This document shows, piece by piece, positions 55,916 to 64,000 of a DNA stretch of 64,000 nt. The stretch is taken from NCBI GenBank assembly GCA_963706595.1, contig OY970166.1, positions 3,648,001-3,712,000 of the forward strand, read 5' to 3'. Position 1 is the stretch's first letter. Every line of letters begins with the position of its first letter. The translations under genes and the position numbers were made by a program. The notes beneath the pieces were generated by a model. The model had not been told where the DNA came from, did no database searches, and worked only from the letters and a program-made list of their open reading frames with translations. The DNA is from an uncultured cyanobacterium (lineage in GTDB: Bacteria; Cyanobacteriota; Cyanobacteriia; Cyanobacteriales; Nostocaceae).

Positions 55916-57499
55916 ATGGTCAACATCCAACACCATAGCCAAACTATAAAAACCGTTAAAATTCTTGTTGTTGAAGATGAATTTATCCTGGCTATCAACT
56001 TACAAGAAACTTTAGAATCCCTGGGATACACTGTTGTAGATATCACAGATTCCGCAGTATCTGCAATTACCAAAGCCAAAGAATTACGCCCAAACTTGAT
56101 TCTGATGGATATCCGTCTGCGAGGAAAACAGGATGGCATCCAGGCGGCAGAGCAAATATGGAACACTCAACAAATTCCTGTAATTTACGTTACTGGACAC
56201 TCTGATAGAATAACTGTAGAACGAGCAACCTTAACATCACCTTTTGGGTATATTCTCAAACCCATTAAAGAGCAAGAACTTTATGTTGCTATTCAAACAG
56301 CACTCAACCGCTATGAACGCGAGCAGTTTTTAAGTTCTGTCCTCCGGGGGATGGGGGATGGGGTAATTGTGGTTGATCCTCAACGGCGGATTAAATACAT
56401 GAATCAAGTGGCTGAAACACTCACACAGTGGCCATGGAATCAAGCTAAAGAACATTTATTAACTGAAGTTGTCCAACTGATTGATGAACAAACTCAGCTA
56501 CCCGCAGAAAATCCGATCATCTTTGCCCTCGAACAAGAAACTACTATTTATCTAGACAGTCTTGTACTACTGGTTGCTAAAGATGGCAGAACTATTCCCA
56601 TAACTCATAGTGCTACACCTTTAAGAGACAATAACGGTGTAATTACAGGTGCTGTTTTAGTCTTTCGAGATGACACCCAACGCAAACTCACCGCAGAACG
56701 TAATCTTGCCGATGAAAGTGCCAGACAACTAGGAATTCAACTGCTAGAAATGCAAAAATTAACCCAGTTGAAAGAAGATTTTTTGGCAACCACATCTCAT
56801 GAAATGCGAACGCCATTATCAAATATCAAAATGGCCATCTGTATGTTAGAACATATTCTGGATCAACAAGGAGTTTTGCAGTCAACAGCGCCTGCTGCAT
56901 CTTGGTCGATCAACCGTTATTTAAATATTATCCGTGAGCAATGTGAGCAAGAGCTAGACTTAGTTGACGATTTGCTATATATGCAGATAATTGATGCAGA
57001 GTTTTATTCCTTGGAATTAACTTCTATTCAGATTCAAAATTGGCTACCTCACGTTATTGAAACTTTCCAAAAACGTTCTGATAGTAGCCAACAGAATTTA
57101 CAGGTTAGCGTTGCCCCAGATTTACCACCTGTGCTTTCAGATATGTCTATTCTGAACAAGATTGTATCAGAGTTACTCAACAATGCTTGTAAATATACTC
57201 CTGTTCAGGAAGAAATTATCATAAATTCCCAACTCGTGACTAATACAGATGCTGAAATTCCTTTGTTTGAAATTATAGTCAGCAATTCTGGGATCACAAT
57301 TCCCCTAGAAGAACAATCTCGGATTTTTGAAGCATTTTACCGCATTCCTCAAAGCGATCGCTGGCAATACGGCGGCACAGGATTGGGTTTAGCATTGGTG
57401 AAAAAGTTAGTGCAGTATCTCCAAGGTACAATTACTGTCACCAGCACTCAAGGCTGGACAAGTTTCACAGTTCAATTACCTTTGAAACTATCAACCTAA
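55916..57499 (+). CDS. Hybrid REC-PAS-histidine kinase
   Basis: VVEDE..LMDI receiver, PAS, SHEMRTPL, GTGLGLA. Confidence 0.92.
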   Translation: MVNIQHHSQTIKTVKILVVEDEFILAINLQETLESLGYTVVDITDSAVSAITKAKELRPNLILMDIRLRGKQDGIQAAEQIWNTQQIPVIYVTGHSDRITVERATLTSPFGYILKPIKEQELYVAIQTALNRYEREQFLSSVLRGMGDGVIVVDPQRRIKYMNQVAETLTQWPWNQAKEHLLTEVVQLIDEQTQLPAENPIIFALEQETTIYLDSLVLLVAKDGRTIPITHSATPLRDNNGVITGAVLVFRDDTQRKLTAERNLADESARQLGIQLLEMQKLTQLKEDFLATTSHEMRTPLSNIKMAICMLEHILDQQGVLQSTAPAASWSINRYLNIIREQCEQELDLVDDLLYMQIIDAEFYSLELTSIQIQNWLPHVIETFQKRSDSSQQNLQVSVAPDLPPVLSDMSILNKIVSELLNNACKYTPVQEEIIINSQLVTNTDAEIPLFEIIVSNSGITIPLEEQSRIFEAFYRIPQSDRWQYGGTGLGLALVKKLVQYLQGTITVTSTQGWTSFTVQLPLKLST

Positions 57500-57532
57500 A
57501 TTCCCTACTCCCCACTCCCTACTCCCCACTCC

Positions 57533-58414
57533 CTACTCCCCACTCCCCAGATGATCTCGCAATGCTTCACGCATCACCTCTATCGGTAGAGTTTCCCTTT
57601 GTAACCAGATTTTTAATGCGGCTACACCTTGCTGAACGAGCATTTCTAAGCCATTGATAGCGATCGCACCTTGCTTTTGGGCTTGTTGCAGAAATTGTGT
57701 AGCGTTAGGAGTATATATTAAATCATAGGCGATCGCACCTGGGGATAATTTCTGCATATCTTCCACACTCACAGGCGAATCATCAATGTGAGGATACATA
57801 CCTACAGGGGTGGTATTTACTAGCAAGTTAGCTTGGGGAATCAGTTGTGCTAAATCATCCCATAGATGAATTTGTAATTTTGCAGCTATCGGTGTATTTT
57901 CCCAACTATTACGAAACTCTAGTAATCTCTGCATATTACGCCCCACAACATGAATTTGGGACAAACCTAGCTGCTGACAACCTGCAACAACTGCCCTAGC
58001 TGCGCCACCATGTCCTAAAATTACCGCTACCTTTTGACTCCAGTCCTGCTGATATGTTGTCTGCAAGGGAGCAATAAAACCTTCTATATCCGTATTTGTG
58101 CCTACCCATTGATTATTCTGGCGGCTCACGGTATTGACTGCGCCGATACTCTGTGCTATTGGGGTAATTTCTGATAATAATGGCATAATTGCCTGTTTAT
58201 GCGGAATAGTGACACTAAAACCCACAACATTTATAGCTGCGAAGCCTGCGATCGCCACCTCTAAATTCTCTGGTTTAATCGGAAAAGGTAGATAAATATA
58301 ATCTAATCCTAATTGAGCCAAAGCCGCATTATGCATCACTGGCGATAGCGAATGTTCTACTGGATGCCCAATTACGCCCAAAAGTTGAGTTTTACCTGTA
58401 ATTAATTTAGTCAT
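57533..58414 (-). CDS. aroE: Shikimate dehydrogenase
   Basis: HSLSPVMHN, VTIPHK, GAVNT, NTTPVGM. Confidence 0.96.
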   Translation of the reverse strand: MTKLITGKTQLLGVIGHPVEHSLSPVMHNAALAQLGLDYIYLPFPIKPENLEVAIAGFAAINVVGFSVTIPHKQAIMPLLSEITPIAQSIGAVNTVSRQNNQWVGTNTDIEGFIAPLQTTYQQDWSQKVAVILGHGGAARAVVAGCQQLGLSQIHVVGRNMQRLLEFRNSWENTPIAAKLQIHLWDDLAQLIPQANLLVNTTPVGMYPHIDDSPVSVEDMQKLSPGAIAYDLIYTPNATQFLQQAQKQGAIAINGLEMLVQQGVAALKIWLQRETLPIEVMREALRDHLGSGE

Positions 58415-58461
58415 TAGTCATTGGTCATTAGTCATTGGTCATTTGGTCACCAGATGTCCAT

Positions 58462-58614
58462 TCACATATCTTGCACCAGGCGACTGGAAGTCACGGCTAC
58501 ACAGGCGAAACCCGCCTACGCGGGTTGAAAACCTTAATTTTAGTTAGTCCGCGCAGGCGGACTTTGTTTGTATAGCCGCGACTTCCAGTCGCCAGGGCTA
58601 GGTGCAAGATGTGA
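58462..58614. repeat. Nested MITE-like element inside a (TCATTGG)n array
   Basis: Outer arms tcacatatcttgcacc / ggtgcaagatgtga enclose the ggcgactggaagtc...gacttccagtcgcc palindrome. Confidence 0.75.
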
Positions 58615-58694
58615 GTATTAGTCATTGGTCATTGGTCTTAACTGCAAGGGGATACAATTACAATTATTAGAGTCACTTAATATTTCTTTATATC

Positions 58695-59633
58695 ATGCAA
58701 GTAACCACAGCTAACGCCACAACTCCAATTCCTGGTCAATATTGGCAGTGGCGGGGTCATAATATCTACTACGTCCATGCGGGAGAAAAACAACCGCAAC
58801 GTCCACCCCTGCTGTTAGTGCATGGTTTTGGCGCATCCACAGACCACTGGCGCAAGAATATCACAGGACTGTGCCAAGATTTTGAAGTATTTGCCATCGA
58901 CCTTTTAGGATTTGGCCGTTCAGCAAAACCTAAATTACAATATGGCGGTGATTTGTGGCGTGACCAACTTTCTGAGTTTATCAGTGAAGTTATTGGTCAA
59001 AAAGCCGTCTTAGCTGGTAATTCTCTCGGTGGCTATGCTTGTTTGTGTGTCGCCGCACAGTGTCCCGATGCTGCGGCTGGTTTAGTCTTACTCAATAGTG
59101 CTGGACCCTTTAGCCAAAACCAATCTACCCCGGAACCAGAAGCTTTACAAGCACAAATTCAAACCCCCAAACAACCCTCGGCGTTACAAAAACTTTTGGG
59201 TGATTCTGTAAAGTGGATTTTTCAACAACCTGTCAGCCAATTTCTGTTATTTCAATATATGCGTCAACGTTGGGTAATTCGCCAAACCCTAGAAAAAGTT
59301 TATCTTGATAAAAGTGCCATTACAGAGCAATTAATCGTAGAAATCGCTCGACCGGCTGATGATCCTGGGGCTTTAGATGTATTTGTTTCCGTTTTCAGCA
59401 CTCCCCAAGGAGAAAAAGTTGATGTGTTGTTAAAGCAATTAACCTGTGCTGTGTTGTTATTATGGGGTGAAGCTGATCCTTGGATGAATGCCAGAGACCG
59501 TTCCCAAAAGTTTCGTCAATACTATCCTGAACTGACAGAACATTTTCTGCGTGCTGGTCATTGTCCTCATGATGAAGTCCCAGAACAAGTGAACCCACTT
59601 TTACGCGATTGGGTGTTATCAATTGCTCAATAA
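58695..59633 (+). CDS. Alpha/beta hydrolase
   Basis: HGFGAS, DLLGFGRS, GNSLGG, GHCPHDE. Confidence 0.92.
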   Translation: MQVTTANATTPIPGQYWQWRGHNIYYVHAGEKQPQRPPLLLVHGFGASTDHWRKNITGLCQDFEVFAIDLLGFGRSAKPKLQYGGDLWRDQLSEFISEVIGQKAVLAGNSLGGYACLCVAAQCPDAAAGLVLLNSAGPFSQNQSTPEPEALQAQIQTPKQPSALQKLLGDSVKWIFQQPVSQFLLFQYMRQRWVIRQTLEKVYLDKSAITEQLIVEIARPADDPGALDVFVSVFSTPQGEKVDVLLKQLTCAVLLLWGEADPWMNARDRSQKFRQYYPELTEHFLRAGHCPHDEVPEQVNPLLRDWVLSIAQ

Positions 59634-59661
59634 AATTTAATTGAAAAACCACTACAAAACC

Positions 59662-59692
59662 AAAAAACCTGGTACGGGTTGACCAGGTTTTT
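59662..59692. terminator. Bidirectional terminator
   Basis: aaaaaacctggt-acgggttg-accaggttttt. Confidence 0.75.
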
Positions 59693-60076
59693 ATAGGTTC
59701 ACGATTTTGCAATTGTTAAACTTGTTAATTATGGGAAAGTTCAAAACTAGGGTTTACAGAGCATCTCACAACACCAGCACTCTCACTCTTTCCGTTTCAG
59801 GATTTGGCTTTGACCAGAAAATTAGGTTTTTTGCCACTTGTTGATATGCTGATAATTGCTTGGGTTGATGACAGGGGACACTCGGTCATTCACCCATTGG
59901 GGTTTGGTTTTTTATTTTGCGTCCTACTATTTAAGTTATCACTAACTTTGTAATATTTGAGATGTAATTTACTAAAGTTGATGTTTTGTTTCAGTTTGTA
60001 ATCAAGTAAATAACCTCACCCCCAACCCCTCTCCTTAGTAAGGAGAGGGGAGAATTTAACGCAAGTCCAAGCCTGG

Positions 60077-60799
60077 CTAAATTTTAACTGTATTTGCGGA
60101 CTGGTTAAATAACAAATCCCGTGCTTTTTCGATATCAAGTTCTTGATGTTTGAATGCTTCTGCTTTGGCGTAAGCGCGAATAGTCGCCGGACGCGCCTGA
60201 ATTGTTTCAAACCACCGCTTTAAGTGGGGAAAATCCTCTAGCTTCTGGCTTTGGCTGTCATGGGGGACAATCCAAGGATAAGCGGCTATATCTGCTATGG
60301 AATAATCGCCAGCTACAAATTCTCTATCTGCTAGGCGCTTATTTAAGACTGCATATAAGCGTCCCGTTTCTTTGACATAGCGATTAATGGCGTAATCAAT
60401 TTTTTCGGGCGCATATTTGTTAAAGTGATGATTTTGCCCCGCCATTGGTCCTAAACCCCCCATTTGCCAGAATAACCACTGGAGGACTTCAACGCGATCG
60501 CCGGAGGCGGGGCTTTGCCCATCGCGCACATTTTCAGGAAGCAACTTTTTGGTTTTTTCGGCTAAATACAGCAAAATTGCCCCAGATTCAAACACGGAAA
60601 TCGCGCCATCCTGAGTAACAGGTTCATGGTCAACAATTGCTGGAATGCGATTATTAGGAGAAATCTTCAGAAATTCTGGACTAAATTGTTCTCCAGCCCC
60701 AATATTCACCGGAATAATTGTGTATGGTAGCCCAACTTCTTCCAGAAATATGGTAATTTTATGTCCATTGGGGGTTGTCCAATAGTAAAGTTCAATCAT
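60077..60799 (-). CDS. Glutathione S-transferase (YfcG/YghU-like)
   Basis: TPNGHK, SPNNRIPAI, FESGAIL, YSIADIA. Confidence 0.93.
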   Translation of the reverse strand: MIELYYWTTPNGHKITIFLEEVGLPYTIIPVNIGAGEQFSPEFLKISPNNRIPAIVDHEPVTQDGAISVFESGAILLYLAEKTKKLLPENVRDGQSPASGDRVEVLQWLFWQMGGLGPMAGQNHHFNKYAPEKIDYAINRYVKETGRLYAVLNKRLADREFVAGDYSIADIAAYPWIVPHDSQSQKLEDFPHLKRWFETIQARPATIRAYAKAEAFKHQELDIEKARDLLFNQSANTVKI

Positions 60800-60826
60800 C
60801 GGTTTATGAATTACGAATTAGTGAAT

Positions 60827-61489
60827 TTAACCTTGATATGAATTTCCTATTTTACCGAGAAACACGTTATCAGATAATGGCAAACGACCTGGGTTTAAGC
60901 GTGGTTCGGCTGCATAGCCTACAGGTACTAAAACAGCGATCGCCAAATCAGGATCATCTGCACCAATAATTTCCTTAACTTGTGACTCAATCCAGCCATT
61001 CATAAAGCAAGTGGACAACCCTAAACTTTCTGCGGCTAATACTAAATGGGTAGCAGCAATAATCGCATTTTTGATGGCATATTCCCGGCGTTTGTCTCCC
61101 AGCCCGGCTTGAAATTGGGGAATAGCGCTTTTAAAGTAGTTTACCGTACCTTCATTCCAAGCATTAGTGGCGATCGCCTGTTCATAAACTGGGGTCAAAT
61201 CTCCCTCTCCGGCGTTGGGATCGGCTGCAAAAACAAAAGTCACAGGCGCTTGAATAATTTGCTGTTGATTCCAGGCTGCTGCTGCTAATGCTGCCTTTTG
61301 CGCCTCATCTTGGACAAGCACAATTTGCCAGTCCTGGATATTGAAACTACTGGGTGCAGCTACAGTTAACTCTACCAGTTGCTTGAGCAATTCCGGGGCA
61401 ATGGGGTCTGTTTTAAAAGTTTTGATAGAACGACGCTGGATAATAGCGTTAGGTACATCTAAAGGTTTCATTTGGATGGTAGGATTCAC
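60827..61489 (-). CDS. Nitroreductase family protein
   Basis: RRSIK, APSSFNIQDW, AESLGLSTC. Confidence 0.92.
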   Translation of the reverse strand: MNPTIQMKPLDVPNAIIQRRSIKTFKTDPIAPELLKQLVELTVAAPSSFNIQDWQIVLVQDEAQKAALAAAAWNQQQIIQAPVTFVFAADPNAGEGDLTPVYEQAIATNAWNEGTVNYFKSAIPQFQAGLGDKRREYAIKNAIIAATHLVLAAESLGLSTCFMNGWIESQVKEIIGADDPDLAIAVLVPVGYAAEPRLNPGRLPLSDNVFLGKIGNSYQG

Positions 61490-61610
61490 GAGATTTTCCT
61501 GATAATTACGATATTAGCCTTCAATAGACTGACCTCTCGGTGTACACAGTCAACACTTATTCGTGTCCAGACACTGATAGATCCCGGCTATTGACATCAG
61601 TCTAAGGCTA

Positions 61611-61940
61611 TTATTGTTGAATGTGCTGCCCTAAAGTTTGAGCTAAGGTAGTTTTTAGTACTGCACCCACGACTATATCCACTTGTCGTCCCCCCTTAAA
61701 TACCATCAGCGTGGGAATGCTACGAATTCCGTAATGGCTAGCAACAGTGGGGTTTTGATCTGTGTTCAGTTTTACTACTTTGATCTGTCCTGCATATTCC
61801 CCCGCAACTTCATCTACAACTGGAGTCACCATCCGACAAGGACCACACCAAGGGGCCCAAAAGTCTACTAATACTGGAATTTCACTTTCCAAAACTTCTT
61901 GTTTAAATGTGGCTTCTGTGACATTCGTAACGGATGACAT
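61611..61940 (-). CDS. trxA: Thioredoxin (trxA2-like)
   Basis: WCGPC active site. Confidence 0.95.
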   Translation of the reverse strand: MSSVTNVTEATFKQEVLESEIPVLVDFWAPWCGPCRMVTPVVDEVAGEYAGQIKVVKLNTDQNPTVASHYGIRSIPTLMVFKGGRQVDIVVGAVLKTTLAQTLGQHIQQ

Positions 61941-61957
61941 AATTGCCTCCAGATTTA

Positions 61958-61982
61958 ATTCAATTGTTCGATTTTATCGAAT
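61958..61982. promoter_or_regulatory. RexT-type operator
   Basis: ATTCA-N15-CGAAT, one mismatch to the ATTCG-N15-CGAAT motif, between divergent trxA and rexT. Confidence 0.65.
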
Positions 61983-62022
61983 AAACAAAATATACGGCAT
62001 TTGAAGAGAGAATGCAATGATA

Positions 62023-62361
62023 ATGAAATTCTTATATCATCCAGACCGAAAAAATATTACTTTAGCAGGAGTGCTGTATGCTTTGGGCGATCCCGTGCGG
62101 CTAGAGATTGTGCGGTTGCTGGCCACTCAGGGAGAGCAGTGTTGTGCGGGGTTTGATTTTGCGATCGCCAAGTCAACTATGTCAAATCATTTTAAAATTT
62201 TACGAGAGTCGGGAGTTGTGTTAACTCATAAAGAAGGCACACAACATATAAATAGGTTACGACAAGAAGATTTAGAGGCACTATTTCCAGGGTTACTGGA
62301 TGCGGTGTTAAAGTCAGCACAACCATTGTTGCTTTATCAACAGTCAGTAGTAAGCCAATAA
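62023..62361 (+). CDS. rexT: ArsR-family redox regulator RexT
   Basis: ALGDPVRLEI, vicinal C40-C41, STMSNHFKILRESG; divergent from trxA. Confidence 0.82.
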   Translation: MKFLYHPDRKNITLAGVLYALGDPVRLEIVRLLATQGEQCCAGFDFAIAKSTMSNHFKILRESGVVLTHKEGTQHINRLRQEDLEALFPGLLDAVLKSAQPLLLYQQSVVSQ

Positions 62362-62366
62362 AGTCT

Positions 62367-63989
62367 ATGACTCGAAAACCTATTCAACGACCATCAAAGC
62401 TCATTCGTTCATGGATTACCAAATTTTTAATTCCCGCCCTCTTCAGTTTGTTGTTAATAGTTACACCTGCTTTAGCCACAGAACAATCACCTGTTAGCAT
62501 TGATGGTCGCTTAGTATTTCAAGTCGGTAGAACTGAGGAATTTACAGCCAAAGAACGAGCAGATTGGATTAACTTGCGGCTGCGTCAGATTGTCTTATCT
62601 CAAGAACCAGTGGAGGTAGTAATTCAAGAACGTAACCAATCGCCAACAATTATTGTCAATCAACAATATCTGCTGACTGTAACTCAAGCAGATGTGGTGG
62701 ATAATAACACACCGCAAGCACAAGCACAAGCTTGGATTATGCAATTGGATACAGTATTACAGCAAGCTCAAAAAGAGCGCGGTGGTGACTTTATTCGTAA
62801 TGCGTTGCTGCTGAGTGCTGGCGTTTTGATCGTAGCATTTGCCTGTCACAATCTCTTAGGATGGCTATGGAAGCGTTCCCGACAAGAAGTTTTGCACCGC
62901 TTACCTCCATCTCCTGATGAAGCAGAAGTAGATTCTAGTTCATCCACAGCTTTGAATTTGTTATTTAATTTTACCCTGCTGGCGGCGCGGATGTGGGTTT
63001 GGGTGAGCGTAATTCTCTACATTACTAACTTATTACCTTTTAGTCGGATTTGGAGCTACCGTCTTGCTAATCAATTGATTCAAAGTTTAACATCTCCCAT
63101 ATTAACTTTAGGTCAAAGTCAATATTCAGTTATTTATTTGTTGGTCTTAATAGTGTTGTTATTGGGACTAATGATTTTAGCTGGTGCAGCCACAAACCTT
63201 TTGAGAACTCGAATTTTACAATTCACAGGAATAGATAGAGGCGCTCAAGAAGCTGTTGCAGTGATCACTAAATATACAATTATTATCGTGGGCGCAATTG
63301 TATTATTACAGGTCTGGGGACTAGATTTAAGTTCACTCACAATTCTGGCAAGTGCTTTGGGGGTGGGGATTGGTTTTGGCTTCCAAGATATCGCTAAAAA
63401 TTTCGGTAGTGGTGTAATTTTATTGTTTGAGCGCCCAATTCAGGTAGGCGATTTTGTCGAAGTTGGTGACATAGAAGGTACGGTAGAACGCATTGGTGGT
63501 CGTAGTACCCTATTACGAACTTTAGATCAAATTTCCATTATTGTTCCCAATTCCCGGTTTCTGGAAGATAAGGTGATTAATTGGAGCTATAAAAATCCGG
63601 TTTCACGGCTGCGAATTCCAGTTGGTGTTGCCTATGGTTCTAATATTAGTGCAGTCAAGAAGGCACTGTTAGAAGCAGTTCACGAGCAGTCTGGAATTTT
63701 GCTAATTCCTACCCCGACCATCTTATTCATTGGGTTTGGGGATAGTTCCCTGAATTTCGTCCTGCTGGTTTGGACTGCTAAACCTAGTGAACAATATTTA
63801 ATTAAAAGTAATTTGTACTTCCGAATTGAAGAACTTTTCAGGAAGCATCATATACAAATTCCATTTCCGCAGAGGGATTTACACATCCGTTCTGGAAATT
63901 TACCGCTAGAATTATCACCGGAGTTGGAAGCAACTCTGCGGGAATTATCTCAAAAACCTAGAAGTAGTAAAAAAGATCATAATCTATAA
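62367..63989 (+). CDS. MscS-family mechanosensitive channel
   Basis: GVGIGFGFQD, FERPIQVGD, IVPNS, VGVAYGS, IPFPQRD. Confidence 0.93.
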   Translation: MTRKPIQRPSKLIRSWITKFLIPALFSLLLIVTPALATEQSPVSIDGRLVFQVGRTEEFTAKERADWINLRLRQIVLSQEPVEVVIQERNQSPTIIVNQQYLLTVTQADVVDNNTPQAQAQAWIMQLDTVLQQAQKERGGDFIRNALLLSAGVLIVAFACHNLLGWLWKRSRQEVLHRLPPSPDEAEVDSSSSTALNLLFNFTLLAARMWVWVSVILYITNLLPFSRIWSYRLANQLIQSLTSPILTLGQSQYSVIYLLVLIVLLLGLMILAGAATNLLRTRILQFTGIDRGAQEAVAVITKYTIIIVGAIVLLQVWGLDLSSLTILASALGVGIGFGFQDIAKNFGSGVILLFERPIQVGDFVEVGDIEGTVERIGGRSTLLRTLDQISIIVPNSRFLEDKVINWSYKNPVSRLRIPVGVAYGSNISAVKKALLEAVHEQSGILLIPTPTILFIGFGDSSLNFVLLVWTAKPSEQYLIKSNLYFRIEELFRKHHIQIPFPQRDLHIRSGNLPLELSPELEATLRELSQKPRSSKKDHNL

Positions 63990-64000
63990 GAATCAATTTA

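Overview
64-kb chromosomal window from a heterocyst-forming cyanobacterium (Nostocales). This is supported by the 16S/23S sequence, very frequent HIP1 GCGATCGC octamers and STRR heptamer arrays; the genus cannot be fixed without a search. Most of the window is housekeeping: ispE, rsmA, a complete minus-strand rrn operon with tRNA-Ile and tRNA-Ala, nadC, argS, the 2-oxoglutarate decarboxylase/SSADH pair, aroB, purT, crtH, upp, aroE, rexT-trxA-nitroreductase-GST and mscS. The top finding is a compact diversity-generating-retroelement (DGR) cassette at about 3.7-6.75 kb that has no reverse transcriptase or Avd in the window. A Pepco-like gene is followed by a caspase-TM-FGE/CLec gene. The last 126 bp of that gene (VR) are repeated 170 bp downstream as an adenine-rich template (TR), and 14 of the 18 mismatches fall at TR adenines. 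The TR has its own candidate sigma70 promoter and a structured downstream spacer. This suggests a trans-acted, hypervariable receptor-caspase. Other accessory features are a partly decayed glycan island (Wzm/Wzt, HprK-like kinase, two nucleotidyltransferases, sulfotransferase, GTs), an ISAzo13-family IS splitting an LRAT/NlpC-P60-like gene, an IsaR1-like sRNA beside upp, in-frame 21/24-nt insertions at HIP1 sites in three genes, and many REP/MITE-like repeats.
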